Shown one piece after another: positions 1 through 14,060 of a stretch of 64,000 nucleotides of DNA. The stretch is from Octopus sinensis (taxonomy: Eukaryota). Within the stretch, counting starts at the first letter, position 1; each line of letters opens with the position of its first letter. The translations under genes and the position numbers were made by a program. The notes beneath the pieces are model-generated. The model had not been told where the DNA came from, did no database searches, and saw only the letters and a list, made by a program, of their open reading frames with translations. The DNA lies in the NCBI RefSeq assembly GCF_006345805.1, contig NC_043013.1, positions 39,866,001-39,930,000 of the forward strand, read 5' to 3'.

Positions 1-571
1 TTTTCAAGCACTGGAGGTGGATTGTGTTCCCACCGGTTTTTTTCATGGGGCAAATCCAGGTTTTTGCAAATTACCCAGAGAATATATTGTGCAGCTCTAT
101 CATGCCTGTTGAGGTACTCTGTAGGCGCTAGAAGACTGCATTTGGAGACAACATGATCAATGGTTTCATTTTGTTGTCGGCATACACGACATGTTGGGCT
201 ACTGCCGTTCTTTAATATGTTGGCCTGATAGTTTCTTGTTGGTAGGCATTGATCTTGAGCTGCTATGATAAACCCTTCTGTTTCAGATTTTAAGCCAGAG
301 GCCATTAGCCATTGATGGGTCAGGGCTTTGTCAATATCTGCATTATTCGCTCTCTTTGGCTATTTGCCATAGAGAAGTTTTTCTTGCCATTTATTATTCA
401 GAGTATCTAAGGCCGCAGTTTTGGCACGGGTTTTCATTCGCCTAGCTTTTTCTGTGCTTGTTTCTTGTATGTCTATCTCTAATTCCGAAATTTGTTGTAT
501 TCGGAATTCACTTAGATATTCCTTTGCCGGTTTTGTTACTGAGTATGATGCTTTCTTGTTTTCATGTTTTG
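1..571 (-). mobile_element. R4/Dong-clade (REL-endonuclease) non-LTR retrotransposon fragment, 5'-truncated, runs off the window start
   Basis: Minus-strand translation ...KWQEKLLYGK*PKRANNADIDKALTHQWLMASGLKSETEGFIIAAQDQCLPTRNY...CRVCRQQNETIDHVVSKC...RHD: CCHC knuckle plus RHD motif typical of R4/Dong ORFs. Abuts the (ATT)n tract at 572-692. Confidence 0.85.
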
Positions 572-572
572 A

Positions 573-1131
<559 letters not shown>

Positions 1132-1133
<2 letters not shown>

Positions 1134-1940
1134 TTGTCCATAAGGGCCGAACACAAAACAAATAGCGACAATACATCACAAGGGACAAATAAAGTTTGGA
1201 ACAATATCGAGTACACAATAAATAACAAAAACAACAATACAATTAAACAATAAAATTTCCAAAAAGAGGGGAGTTCTTCACAGGGACGACTGCAAAACCT
1301 AACACATCCTGGTTACACCAACTGCTATGTGCACTTCAGCAGGCCCGTCTCTGTGAGGCAAAACCTCCCTCTCTATCCTCACTTTCTTTCTCAAGTAAAA
1401 CCTGAAAAAGTTGATCAATGTCTTGGTCAAAGAGGAAAGTTTCTGTCTTTAGTCCTTTCAATCTCATCCACTGCACTACCTCATTCGCCGTAACCACCAG
1501 ACAGGAAAACTCCCTTTCCTTCCCGGCTAAAGGAAAGGGACGGGGCTATCTTCACGAAGGACTCGGTTGATAACCGGATCCGTTCTACTCGCGACAACAG
1601 CTGTTCGACAAAGCCCCACAAGTCAGTAATGCACGGACACTGGACGAATGCATGCAGCAGGGTTTGGTTGCCCTGCGCACACCTCTGATAGGTCTGTCTG
1701 ATAGCACTTCCGCGTCTGTAGAGCTTGTCTTGAACCAGCAGAACTCCCTGGTATCACTGCCAGGCCAGAGATTTCTGGAAGTTACCCATAGGCCCTGGCC
1801 CAAAAGCCCTCTCGAAAAGACCAGTTAATTGATACCTCCCGAGGACATCGTAGTTCTTTCCCATCATAAATCCTCTATAGAACTCCATAGTGGAACTGCC
1901 ACCGGTCACGTTGCCTGGCTGGCAGAAAGCAGTGAGCGCA
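1132..1940 (-). mobile_element. Degenerate Tx1/L1-clade LINE 3' fragment
   Basis: FYRG...FGPGPMGNFQKSLAWQ...DKLY is homologous to the ORF2 C-terminus at 18.8-19.4 kb. The 3' end ...GGCCCTTATGGACAATGAA resembles that element's tail. Confidence 0.85.
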
Positions 1941-2190
1941 ATTTTAATAATGATGATGATGATGATGATGATGATGACATTATAACGAAACAAAATTATT
2001 ATAAATGAAAGACTCCGAGCATGCGTGGGACACAGACTTCGTTGCTGCAGTAAGTTTCGGACCTCTCCTTCCTCTCAGGTCATGTCATCTTAAGAAACAA
2101 AACCCACCTACAAACTGCCAAACATATTTAAAACATGTATGTATGTATGTATGTAGTATGTATGTATGTATGTATGTATGTATGTATATA

Positions 2191-2290
2191 NNNNNNNNNN
2201 NNNNNNNNNNNNNNNNNNNNNNNNNNNNNNNNNNNNNNNNNNNNNNNNNNNNNNNNNNNNNNNNNNNNNNNNNNNNNNNNNNNNNNNNNN
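2191..2290. other. Assembly gap (100 N)
   Basis: Run of N next to (TATG)n/(TA)n. Confidence 1.
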
Positions 2291-2454
2291 TATTTCCTCA
2301 CAGCTTTCAAACATTATATTAACGACAACTTTTTATCTTATATTTATTTGCCCCACATTACTAAGAGACGTTATGTGGAAGTTTTCAGTTCCTTTTTATG
2401 GACGACGGACAAAGTTTCGTATGAAACTTGTAATCGTCCATTTAGCTTTCTTTG

Positions 2455-3172
2455 AAAGAAGGTATGTAACGTGTGAACATCGCATTGAGCTTAACAGAAT
2501 CTGCATCAAATTTTGCCAAAAGCATGATGATACCTGCTCAGAAGCCTTCGCAAAGTTTTCAAAAAGTTTTCACCGTTCTCGGCACAATCAAGGAGATCTT
2601 GTGCACCTGAAACCCGAGTGTCTTTATCCAGTTGAAAGCAGTTTTGGCACAAACTTGGCAGACACGCGTCTCTGGCCCAAATCTTCAGTGATAATGGACT
2701 GAACTGAACAGTAACTAATCTGCACATCCCCTGATAACTCACGGATGGTGATTTGATTTCCCCTCACATTTGCATGCACATTTGTAATGTTTTTTTTTCG
2801 GTTCTGCTGGTAGTGGGTCTCTCAGAACGTTCGTCACTATCGACATTTTTTCAGCCATCCTGAAATTATCTGAATCACTCGTACACTTGTGTGCGGCTCA
2901 TACACTCCTCTCCATACACTTTCTGCAACTTTGCGTAGGCCTCTGAGCAGGTGTCGCCATGACAACTTTCTCTGTCATGGTCAATACCACGGTCACACGC
3001 TACACACCTTCCTTCTAAGCACAGCTGTAAACAGTGGAAGTAAGCTTCAACGTTAATACTTAGTGCGCATGCACAGCAGAGTTCAAGGTCAATCTTTGCC
3101 AAGCGGTTTCACTCTGCGTGTTTTAGCTTCGTTACTATGACAATAGTCCGGATACTTATTGATCATACCCAG
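2455..3172 (-). mobile_element. Non-autonomous mariner derivative (fold-back family), left TIR missing
   Basis: Minus strand encodes a mariner N-terminal HTH region (GDTCSEAYAKLQKVYGEECMSRTQVYE...IITEDLGQRRVSAKFVPKLL). The right TIR ends ...CCGGATACTTATTGATCATACCCAG|TA. Collinear with 35428-36313. Confidence 0.85.
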
Positions 3173-3738
3173 TATATACGTATATATATTACAAATATAT
3201 ATACACACAATACACAACGCTGCATTGAGTAGGCTACAGTGTAGAAGACACTTCTGGCCCAAGGTGCGCCGTAGTAGGATCGAACGAGGAATCATATGGT
3301 TGCAAAGCGATTTCTTAACCACAGAGCTCAGCCCGAGTCTTTTTATTCATCAAAACACTCTTTCTGACAGCTTGTAATCGATCTGGCATCAATGATAAAT
3401 GAGTTTTGTATCACGGTTTTATGTGTAAATGAGAAACTTTCTTTAATTAGTATTACTATTTCTGTAGTTATTTATGCATACATACACATACATACATATG
3501 TACATACATATACATATATACATACGTACATACATACATACGTACATACATTTATTTATAGACACACAAACAGAAAGGCCCAATGCACACTCTTATGTTT
3601 ATAATTGTATATGTGTATATGTGTGACTGTATATATACTATAGATAAAGATAATTACATATATGTTCGCATACATATAAACACGCATATACACAAATGTT
3701 CAAACAACTCATAATATATATGTATGTACATGTGTTTA

Positions 3739-3783
<45 letters not shown>

Positions 3784-3809
3784 TTTGTATTTGTACATAG
3801 TTTGTGTGC

Positions 3810-3852
<43 letters not shown>

Positions 3853-5435
3853 TATTTATGCATGTATGTGTTTGTGTGTGTGTACGTGTGTGTGTGTATG
3901 TGTGTGTGCGTGCGTGTGTGAGTACGTGTATGCCTACATGTATATACGCATACATATAGAGAGAGGGAGAAGAAGAAGGGGAAAGAGAAGTTTTTATTTA
4001 ACCATCAATGGCTAAAGCATCAAACATTTTTAGTCGTTCGTTTAGTTTCTAAGTTCGCATCCTGGCTCAGTTGGCTTTTCTCTTCTATGTAGAAGTGACT
4101 AGACTGACACACCATCGTTCTTATATCAGTAAGACAGTGATGGGCGTGATAATATTGATGTCTGTCTGGCTATGAGAAAATATCGATGGATATAAGCATA
4201 AACGAAATAATCAGTTTAGGACTTAAGACCTACAGGAACCTTAATATATCGAACATGCACGATCTTCAGTTTCTATGAGAATTAGTACAATTCCTTAACA
4301 AGGAGATTCCAAGCTTCATACAACTTGGGAACTCGTGCATGTAAATCCGATAATGAGTTAGTCCTATCAAATAGATCGATGACGTTTCCATTGATAGCAG
4401 CTTATATATATATAAAGTATACGTATATGTTTAACTTTATATGTTTTTAATTAGCTTTCTGGCTCAAAATATCGGCTCTATCGTGATTGTAACATATTAA
4501 TATTTACATTACTATTCGATATAGCTTTTTATATATTGCAAAACAAAGATTAAAATCTTTGTTTAAAGAAGTAGAGCCCTTTATAATATTAATCTATTTG
4601 CATATATTCTCCATGAAATATTGTAAACAAACAAATTAATCCCTCTTTTGGATTTCGTTTCTTTTACGAAAACACTTCTAGCCGTGCTACTTTGTAGGTA
4701 CATGTGATTATAAGACTCCTGTTTCTCCGTTGATGATTGTCTATGTACACGTGAAATACTGAAGCAGAAAGTTTGAAGAATCATTCACAAAATATATTTT
4801 AATTATCATACTGTGTATATAAATATCTGTCAATCTGTATCTATAGTTATATATATATATGCATGTATAAATGCATATGTACCAAGTTATAGCTGTAGCT
4901 AAATTGAAATGTAGATTATGCTGTTTTCAGTATATCTGGATGATTAACTTTACTCAAATGTACTCGAATGAATAAACCGAAATGAAAGGGTAGATATGTA
5001 TCAATAGCTTGAGCCATCGCTAACTGGATACTAATTGGAACTTGAGATAGCATTTTCGCTTCTAATTAGATCTTTAAGTACAATTGCTCAGATCAAGACA
5101 AACCGATTTAGCAAAGTAATATCTGGTAACAACAACTTGCTATAAGCAATATTTCTCTCCGTCTGAAGAAAAAGTGTGTACGTGGTCCCTGATGGATTAG
5201 GAATTAGTACCGAAACCAGTACGGATAATTAATATATTTCTGTGGAGAGACAGATAAAAATTAAACATTTGCATAGATTTTCCCTTTGGTGTTCTTTTAC
5301 ATATTAAATCGATGGATAAAACCAGTATAAAGTAGTATTCTGCATTTTGCCTTATGCATTCATACGTGTCTTTTTGTACGTTCAAATATCTTCATAAACT
5401 GTAGACTACATATGTGTGTACGGATGTGTCACTTT

Positions 5436-5846
5436 TATCTCTTTTACTTGTTTCAGTCATTTAACTGCGGCCATGCTAGAGCACTGCCTTTTTAGTCGGG
5501 CAAATCGACCCCAGGACTTATTCTTTGGAAGTCTTGTACTTATTCCATCAGTCTCTTTTGCCGAACCGCTAAGTTATGGGGGCGTAAACACACCACCATC
5601 GGTTGTCAAGCGATGTTGGGGGGACAAATATAGACACACGAACACACACACACACACACACATATATACATATACATATATACGACGAGCTTCTTTCAGC
5701 TTCCGTCTACCAAATCCACTCAGAACGCTTTGGTCGGCCCGAGGCTATAGTAGAAGACACTTGCCCAAGATGCCACGCAACCGGACTGAACCCGGAACCA
5801 TGTGATTGGTAAGCAAGCTACTTACCACACAGCCACTCCTGCGCCT
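5436..5846 (-). mobile_element. tRNA-derived SINE family A, full length with internal (CA/TA) microsatellite
   Basis: Head GGCGCAGGAGTGGCTGTGTGGTAAG (A box)...GGTTCAGTCC (B box); tail GGCAGTGCTCTAGCATGGCCGCAGTTAAATGACTGAAAC. More than 10 related copies in the window. Confidence 0.85.
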
Positions 5847-5986
5847 ATAATGTCTGTACATAAGTGTACGTATATGCATATGTATAAGTGTGTTTATGTA
5901 TGTATATGCATATATCTGAATATATATGTGTGTGTGTGCATATGTGTGTGTATGTATATCTATATATACACACACACACACACACA

Positions 5987-6202
5987 TGAGTCGTGCTGAG
6001 AAGTTCCTGGCTTTGAGTAAAAGAAAATACAGGAGGATTAGTTAATTATGATTTTATACAACATATTTCCCTCTCAGATTCACACATTTATTGCAGCAGT
6101 CGTACAGTTTTTCTAAGCCTTGTAAAAGAACTTGGAAGGCTGGGCCTCCAACTAGGCTTTTCGCGACGCACTTAATGCCAGGAACTTTTCAGCACCCCAT
6201 CG
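5987..6202 (-). mobile_element. ~215-bp mariner-derived MITE
   Basis: TIRs GTGCTGAGAAGTTCCTGG / CCAGGAACTTTTCAGCAC. Retains the transposase C-terminal codons (GLEKL...CNKCVNLRGKYVV*). Second copy at 48211-48421. Confidence 0.85.
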
Positions 6203-6221
6203 CGTGTCGCTTATATATATA

Positions 6222-6505
6222 TAGCATTATTAAATCTCAGGGCGAGATGTAAACAGTAACCGCTCGACAATGTAAAGTATAAAAGCCATCTCAATATGGC
6301 TAACCACAAAGTGGGGGTGTTACTGTAGCTTTTTAGCCCCAGGAGATCATCGTCTCCAGCTGGCTTTAGACACACTTTCTGTGCCCTTGAAGTATTTGCA
6401 AAGGGAGGCCATCCCTTCCTCGCAAGCCTGAGTGATACGCACGGACCGGTTTCGAGATTATTGTCTCTTATCAACGGGCGGTAACCACCAGGTCACGATG
6501 AAAGA
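6222..6505 (-). mobile_element. Penelope-like pseudo-LTR remnant between (TA)n tracts
   Basis: Carries a minimal hammerhead motif and aligns by eye with the 48.5-kb unit (GACACAC...CTGTG, AAGGGAGG blocks). Confidence 0.65.
6438..6480 (-). ncRNA. Minimal type I hammerhead ribozyme motif, U3:A8 core variant
   Basis: CGCCCG-UUGAUAA-GAGA caauaa UCUC-GAAACCGGUC-CGUGCG: stem I 5/6 bp, stem II 4 bp, palindromic stem III ACCGGU, GUC cleavage triplet. Confidence 0.7.
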
Positions 6506-6554
6506 CATATATATATGAAAGACATATATATAATATATATATAGATATATATAT

Positions 6555-6600
<46 letters not shown>

Positions 6601-6629
6601 ATATATACAGTGAGCGACAGAAATAGAGA

Positions 6630-6885
6630 GAGAGTGGCTGTGTGGTAAGTAGCTTGCTTAACAACCACATGGTTCTGGTTCAGTCCCACTACGTGGCACC
6701 TTGGGCAAGTGTCTTCTACTATAGCCTCGGGCTGACCAAAGTCTTGTGAATGGATTTGGTAGAGGGAAACTGAATGAAGCCCGTCGTATATATATGTGTG
6801 TGTGTGTGTGTCTATTTGTCCCTTACCACTGCTTGACAACCGATGTTGGTGTGTTTATGTTCCCGTAACTTAGCGGTTGGAAAAA
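6630..6885 (+). mobile_element. SINE family A, 3'-truncated
   Basis: GAGTGGCTGTGTGGTAAGTAGCTTGC...GGTTCAGTCCCACT...CCTTGGGCAAGTGTCTTCTACTATAGCC. Confidence 0.85.
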
Positions 6886-7840
6886 TTGTGTAAGAGATAA
6901 GAATATCCGTCATTACAACCGGTATAAATTGCCTATGTTAACCCTGGGAATGAATATGCAGGCATACTATGCTCATAGGATACAGGCAATAATAAAATAA
7001 ACAAGCGTTTATCAGGAATCAAATTTAAATTAAGCGGAAAATAGAGAAAATTGATCAACAAACAAATTGACTACCATCGGTTATTATTTTTTTTAGTACA
7101 AATCTTTAACATTGCTAACAGCCGTTTCTGGTACCTATGTCAGTCGGTGCTTCAAAGAAAATTATGAGAATAATATTCGTCATCTTTCATAGCACATCCG
7201 ATCTGGTGCATAAAAGAAAAGATGAGAAGAGGGAAGAGGAAAGAACAGGACCTCGAGGTGAGGAAAGAAGGCTTAATAGATTAGAATTATACCATTTTGT
7301 AGTGTAAAGCTTGAAGTCGATGAGCAAATGATTAAACTTGAAAAATAACTGGTGGGTTAATCTTTCTTTAGGTGTACCAGGGTGTGTAAATAATAAGAAA
7401 ATAAAACTAGTACTCAAGTATGACTGGATTCGCCAATAGGTCTAGAAAAAGAATAGTACTTATAATTTCGTAAATAGTGCTAATTAATATTTATCTGAAA
7501 ACTTGCACATAAAGTTGTTACAATAGAGTACTTACTGATATATTCTAATGACCAACCACCTGTTGTCTGTAATGGAATTGACCGAAGTCCAGCCATCCCT
7601 ATAATTGGTCAGTTAAATTTAAAATCAAAGGCAAGCTTAAACCGTTATAAGGTACATCCACTGAAGAACGAAAGCCTCGGTATGTCCTCTTCACCGACCA
7701 TGGTTTAATGTGGAGGCTGTGAATTTGAACTTAAGATAATACTGCATTGATCAGCTTACTCTACCACACTGGCTCGATGGGACTTGGCAGAGGAGTGCAG
7801 TACATTTTTGATACTCGTACCCACTAGTAGTGGAGTCTAT

Positions 7841-7872
<32 letters not shown>

Positions 7873-8192
7873 TGTATGTATGTATGTGCAGATCTGTATG
7901 TCTTATGTATGTATACTCATGCATATAGTTGCATATCTAGACATGGTCATATATCTTCAAACGATAAATGTCTGGAAAGTTTTACAGATTTATATATATA
8001 TATATATATATACATAATAATTGTAGTAGGGAATATAATTCCAAACTTACAGGAAGAAATTCAATTTAGCAATTAATGTTTATGTAATTTAGCGATTTTT
8101 CGAATAATATTTTTATAGTATATTAAATTTTTTTTATAATAAGATAATGTCTTTCACTATTGAATTGCTTAATAGAGGTTATTTCTCTGAAT

Positions 8193-8270
<78 letters not shown>

Positions 8271-8834
8271 CTCATATGACAGCATAAGACATTCACAAGT
8301 GAACCATCCGAATGGTTGCCCGTCCTTGCAGAAAAAGCAGTTAACCCTTTCAAATCACAGCGTATTACAGTCTTCAGCAAAGACTGGATAACATAATCCT
8401 TGATATATAAAAAAAAATCTTGAAGACCTTTGATCATTGGCCTCTTCGATCAAGGTTGACCTGGGGCTAAACAACCACAGTATCATAATGTATTCGAAGT
8501 ATCGAATTTTGTTCCTTAAATAATCGAAATAATCGTTAACATTCTGGCTTCAAATGTAAATTCATGCTTGGACCGACCAACAACAGCGGCAAGTTTTATT
8601 ATCAGCATTGAACAACTGAGGATGGTGGTGGTGGTGGTGGTGGTGGTGGTGGCGGCGGCGGCGGCGGCGGTAATGATGATGATGATGGTTATATCATTAT
8701 TTCAACTAACATTTGATTTAAAAAAAATTTACCAACACAACATATGCAAATGAACGTTGTTATTTATGGTTTGTTTGTCTAATTGTTTGATAAATTATTT
8801 TATTAATTATTTTATTATACTTCATTGACTCAAC

Positions 8835-8917
<83 letters not shown>

Positions 8918-9329
8918 AAATCCACTTTCAAAATGGTGTGAACATATTTTGTGTTCGTCTTGTTTAATTTGTATTTATTTTTACCTCATTATAGAACCAA
9001 CTGAAGTTTGAATTGATACATTATAACTCAATTCAAACGAAACATTTAGTTTGAAATTATAATGAAATGCCATGTGATGATGTAAAGGGTGTTTCGCTTT
9101 TCGTTTTCTTAGCCGTATGTCACTGTTTTATAGCGTTTTTATGTCGGTTTTATGTCTATTTTTCTTGGAATGGAGATTAGATTTCTATGTTCCAGTCACT
9201 TGACTGATGACATTCACGTTGTCGTGTAATCGTTAGCTGAACAGTTGATGTTTCTTACATTCATGCAATGAGACGCTACAGTCGCATGGTCCCAGTCTGA
9301 CTTGTACAAAACTTTGAGTACAGAATGGT

Positions 9330-10218
9330 TTTTGCAACACCTGTCCGTGTTCGGATTGTCCTCGCACAGTGGCCATCTGGACTCCCGTTTGCGCCGTGAA
9401 CAGGGATTAATCTTCTGTCTTCGCTCCTTTGCCCCACATGGGATCAACTCTCCTCCCCTCTTCATCTAACCTCCTCCCTTCGCCTCTCTCCCCCCACACC
9501 TACTTCCTCCCACCCACCTCTGCTCTCTTGCTCCGGCTCCTACTTCTCTTAACTCCTACTCTCTTTCTCTCTCCTTTTCACTCCTACTCACTTTCTCCTT
9601 CCCCTTCATCGTCACCCCTCCCTCGTAACCCCATCTCACTCCTACACAATCCAACCCACCTTCCCTATCCCTTACACCCCGTCCCACATACCCCACCTCT
9701 ACCACACCCTCAGCCCAACCCACACCCCACTCTTGCTTTCCCCACTCTCTCCTCCCCACCTCCAAACACCATCACACCACTACACCATACACCACCATAC
9801 CACACAACACATCACATCACATCACCCCACACACCAGCACTGACCACTTCCCAGCCCCACATCTTCACACCTAAACATACACACGCACACACGTTAAGGT
9901 CACCAGCCCTCTTCCACACGCACATACAGATTCTCTTATACCTACGCACGCGCACCTTTGTTTTAGGATCACCACTACTTTATTATCTCCTCCTGTGTGA
10001 TCCGTTTGTCCGGCATTCGCCATGATAGATCGCTAAACACTACACATTCTTTATTTTCTCTCCTTGTTTCTTTCTGTGTTCTTTTCTGTGGAAGAGCGTA
10101 GGCTCGAAACGTTAAAGACTTTTTCACTTCCCGAGCATTAAACTAATACATCTATTTGTTGTCTACACGGATGTGACTTCGTCTTTTATTTTTTGCTTTT
10201 TTTGTGAATTCTACCTAT
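9330..10218 (+). mobile_element. Penelope-like element 3' end (GIY-YIG C-terminus, low-complexity UTR, pLTR)
   Basis: 9338-9451 translates HLSVFGLSSHSGHLDSRLRREQGLIFCLRSFAPHGINS, matching the R..REQ.LI..L....P.G(I/L)N end of PLE GIY-YIG domains. Hammerhead-like motif at 10082-10117; ends at (TA)n. Confidence 0.75.
10082..10117 (+). ncRNA. Degenerate minimal hammerhead motif
   Basis: UUUU-CUGUGGA-A-GAGC guag GCUC-GAAACGUU-AAAG. The core has A6->U, so this copy is probably inactive. Confidence 0.5.
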
Positions 10219-10382
10219 ATATATACTTTCAGTTCGTTTAAGGGAAATGTTTTGAATATGCATATAATAGCTCCTGTTTTATTATACCGGCTACAGAGTA
10301 ATGATGCCAACTGGCAATACCAGTTTTTCTAGGGTCGCACCGAGCTAGCTGCGCCGATATAATGTAGTACAATAATAATAAT

Positions 10383-10740
10383 AACAAGAACACTCAGAGA
10401 ACGCAGACGTCCGCCATGGCTACACCAACGCCATCTCAACGATTAGCCGGAGATGATTTTTAAAATGAGAATATCTGAAATAAATTCGACTGCTGTCACA
10501 AACGAGAATACTAAAAATGAACCCGACCGCTCTCAAAAATTAAATTAAAAAAAAAAAAAAGCAGAAAAAATAATTCAGAATCCTTGTTTGGTACCGGATT
10601 GATGCCAAAAGTTTATCATCCCTGAAAGTTTGATCCGAATCCATCCAGCGGTTCTTGAGATATCTTGTCCATGGACAAATAAACAAACAAACAAACACGA
10701 CTGAAAAACAATGCCTCCACCTTAGCGAAGGTGGAGGTAA
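10383..10740 (-). mobile_element. Non-autonomous Helentron/Helitron2 (DINE-1/HINE-like)
   Basis: 5' TTACCTCCACCTT-CGCT-AAGGTGGAGG hairpin (10714-10737), (GTTT)n, subterminal ATGGCGGACGT inverted copy, 3' GCGTTCTCTGAGTGTTCTTGTT end, T-rich insertion site. Confidence 0.7.
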
Positions 10741-10812
10741 TAATAATAATATTAGTAATAATAATAATAATAATAATAAATTATTGTTGTTGTTGTTGTT
10801 GATATTATTATT

Positions 10813-11164
10813 GTTCAGTAGTCTTACTTTTATCACGTGTTTTCACCGTATTACCGAGCGCAGGTCTGTGTGCCTTAGGTATGTGCTGTGGTTTGTTGTG
10901 ATGCTCTTATTTTTATTGTTTTGAAAGTGTTTTCGTAGGATGTGTGCGGTACCTAATAGCGCTATTTTTTGTATGTTATATATATTTGTCAGTCCTGGTG
11001 ATTTTGTTATGTATTTGTGTGAATATTTGATCATACCTAATGCTCCGACTATGATAGGAATTGTTTCTGTTTTTAGGCTCCACATTCGAGTTACCTCTAT
11101 TTCCAGGTCTTTGTATTTTGAAAGTTTCTCTGTTTCTTTTACAGAAGCATTGTCCTCTGTTGGT
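10813..11164 (-). mobile_element. R4/Dong-clade LINE 3' end
   Basis: IPTEDNASVKETEKLSKYKDLEIEVTRMWSLKTETIPIIVGALGMIK...IQKIALLGTAHILRK (REL domain) plus 3' UTR, flanked by (AAT)n. Confidence 0.9.
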
Positions 11165-11180
11165 ATTATTATTATTATTA

Positions 11181-11219
<39 letters not shown>

Positions 11220-11236
11220 GATCCACGGGTGGAATT

Positions 11237-11302
<66 letters not shown>

Positions 11303-13081
11303 TGCATTGCTACTCACGTTTCCACAAGTCACATGATTCTTAAGATCATTGTCCGTATTCCTATCCAGGAACACACTCCTACCCACTTCTTATTTCATAA
11401 AATGAAACAAAATTAAGTTTTCTTGTGAATCTTGATCATGTTGATTAAAAGTGTAATGAAAAAACTTCGCGACTTTAGCAACAACATTGGTTACCCATGT
11501 TAAAATCTAAAAATGGCATAAGGTATAAAATTAAATGCATTTTTAAGAATTGGGAGAATTATGAGTTTTTTGCTTTCCAAAAATATATTCAAAAAGGATA
11601 ACTGCACCGAAATATCTTGAAAAGAGAATTAAAGTAAAACATGGAATTGATTCGCATTCTTGGGTCCTTAACTCCTAATGCAGACGTAAGGGGCGCTTTG
11701 GAGACAAACAGTGTGTCTTGGGCATTTTTAGACCCGGTGGTACCCATTCCTGTGCAGGTCTGAGCAATGCCGATCTCTTCTAGAAAGAAAGTGAGAACGA
11801 AAACAAAGAATCTATCCGAGAAAACGCCTGGTACTTACTTTATTTATTGTATTCTGAAGAATGAAAGCGAAAGTTGGACTCGGATGAATTGAATTTAGGA
11901 AAGAATGAGTTGGGACAAATACCGAGAAGAAATCGATCCGACTTTCGGACAACTCCACAAAATTGTACTCTGATATTGATTAAGTTGATTTCTGATAGAA
12001 CAGAATCTCCGCATAATACAGTAACGAACAAGCTCACTTGCTATGCTGCGTTGGAGGAAAGATTTATAGAATCGATTTGCTTCTTGCAATATATATATAT
12101 ATAGTACGAATACAATGAATGATTAATCAATGAATATTATTAATCCTGTCAAATATATAAGAAACTTTATTTAACTTCAATCGTTATTCCGAAAACATGC
12201 AAACTTAAACCATAAATTATATAATATAATTTATATATATAACACTTCTGCCTAAAATTACTAACCTCCAGCCGAAGTTTGAAACTGTTATTATCACTAT
12301 TATCTTAATACAATTTATTGTGGTATTATTACCAGGTCTATAAAACGAGGCACAGACGCCAGTTTGCTTCAACATTACATTTTATCTCACCGTTAATCTG
12401 TAATAAATATTTCCTATATTCAGTTCGATAGACTACAGCTGCTTCAACACATCTTCTGTCTAAGTGTAGGTCGGTACAAGTTAAATTATGCAATAGAAAT
12501 ATATACAGGGTCGAAGCGTTCCGGCTGGATTTGGTCGAGGTGGTACATTAACGCCTTCCATAACATTTGACGGCAGCATTTTTGCATTTTTACGCAATGG
12601 GACGTAACTCCGAGTTAGTCATTGTTACAGCGTTGCTACTATTTCTTCAAGAATAATAAACGCAAAATTCTGTCATTCCGCCCGGAACCCCTGTACCTCA
12701 GTCAATATTTGCTTTGCATAGACATACTACACCTTTTTGGAATCAGAACACTACCGGGATTAAAAATCTGCCCTTCATTTGGTTTTTAAACATCCAGCAT
12801 TGGGTCTAGATGAGGATTTGTTATCAACTGCTAACAGTTGAAGATTCAAATTTTAAAAGAACACAAAAAATTTGTAAATTTACAAGTTTTTCATTTAAAG
12901 TAATATCATATTGGAAGGGTACCAATAAATGCTTTATTATTATTTCTCTCTTTAGTTTTGAGCCACAAGCCCAATTAGCCCTCTGCAGGAGCTAAATTTA
13001 CAGCTTTTAGGCTGTTTCAAAGTTTCAAAGCTGTGTCGACGAAGAGGTGTTCCTACTACATGAAATTTCCAGGCGGTTTAA

Positions 13082-13275
13082 CCCCTTACCCGGCAGAAAC
13101 GAATATATGCTGCCCAAAGCGGTAATTTAAAATCAATATTATTGAATTAAAATTCATAATAAATAAGGTTTGAAATATACCTCGAAATCACCATTCAAAA
13201 CATAGTAAAATAAAACAATTAAAAAATATGTCTGAAAAAATACATTTATTTTCAAAATAATTGTTGGGTAAGGGG
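13082..13275. mobile_element. piggyBac-type MITE (194 bp)
   Basis: TTAA|CCCCTTACCCGGCA ... TGTTGGGTAAGGGG|TTAA: TIRs with a TTAA target duplication. Confidence 0.85.
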
Positions 13276-13544
13276 TTAAATGCACAAGTCCCCGATATGC
13301 AAGTGGCTAAAGAATCAATAGAAGGGCACCAGCAGTCATGATGCCTATACAGCCCGGCCCCCTTTGAGTGTAAGAAGCTAAGGGTCAAAACACTTGCTTG
13401 AGCAGGATTTCTTTTATGAAGACCTCCTGGTGTTCAACTCTCTTGAGAGTTTTTTACCACTATACAGAATCAAAATGTCACCAAATGACTTAGAGTTCAT
13501 CAAAATCCAAGTAGAACAGGGAATAGAGAGTGATACAGAGTGTG

Positions 13545-13712
13545 GCAAGGCCGGCCCTTTGAAATACTGGTACTACACATTTTTTGCCAGCTGATTACAC
13601 CGGAGCAACGTGAAGTAAAGTGTTTTGCTCAAGGATACAACGCGTCGCCGGGAATTGAACTCACGATCATACCATCGTGAGCCGAATATCCCAACCACTA
13701 AGCCACGCGCCT
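13545..13712 (-). mobile_element. tRNA-derived SINE family C, 5' part
   Basis: GGCGCGTGGCTTAGTGGTT...GAGTTCAATTCC...TCCTTGAGCAAAACACTTTACTTCACGTTGCTCC. Related heads at ~47840, 49250, 52120, 53650 and 60240-60356. Confidence 0.7.
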
Positions 13713-13772
13713 TCACACACACACACATACGCACGCACACACACACACACACACACCACACACACACACACG

Positions 13773-13806
<34 letters not shown>

Positions 13807-13859
13807 CATTTTATATAACAAACATACATATATATATATTTCTATGTCTGTGTCTCTCT

Positions 13860-14060
13860 GTGTATGTATATCCACCCACCCACCACTACCACTTGATACC
13901 CGATGTTGGTATGTTCACGACCATTAACTTAGCAGTTCGGCGAAAATGACCGATAGAATAAGTAACAAACATCAGTGCTGGGGGTCAATTCTTTCAACTA
14001 AGTTCTTTTCGAGGCGGTGCTCCAGCATGGCCGCAGTCAAGTGACTGAAACAAGTAAGAA
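13860..14060 (+). mobile_element. SINE family A, 3' half
   Basis: AACTTAGCAGTTCGGC...GGCGGTGCTCCAGCATGGCCGCAGTCAAGTGACTGAAACAAGTAAG. Confidence 0.8.

Noticed and set aside
9429-10025. 198-aa Pro/His-rich ORF
   Set aside because: Low-complexity C/T/A tract in a PLE 3' region, possibly noisy sequence; it is out of frame with the GIY-YIG remnant.
12506-12693. Possible TA-flanked MITE (CAGGG...CCCTG)
   Set aside because: The inverted match is only about 5-7 bp; insufficient.
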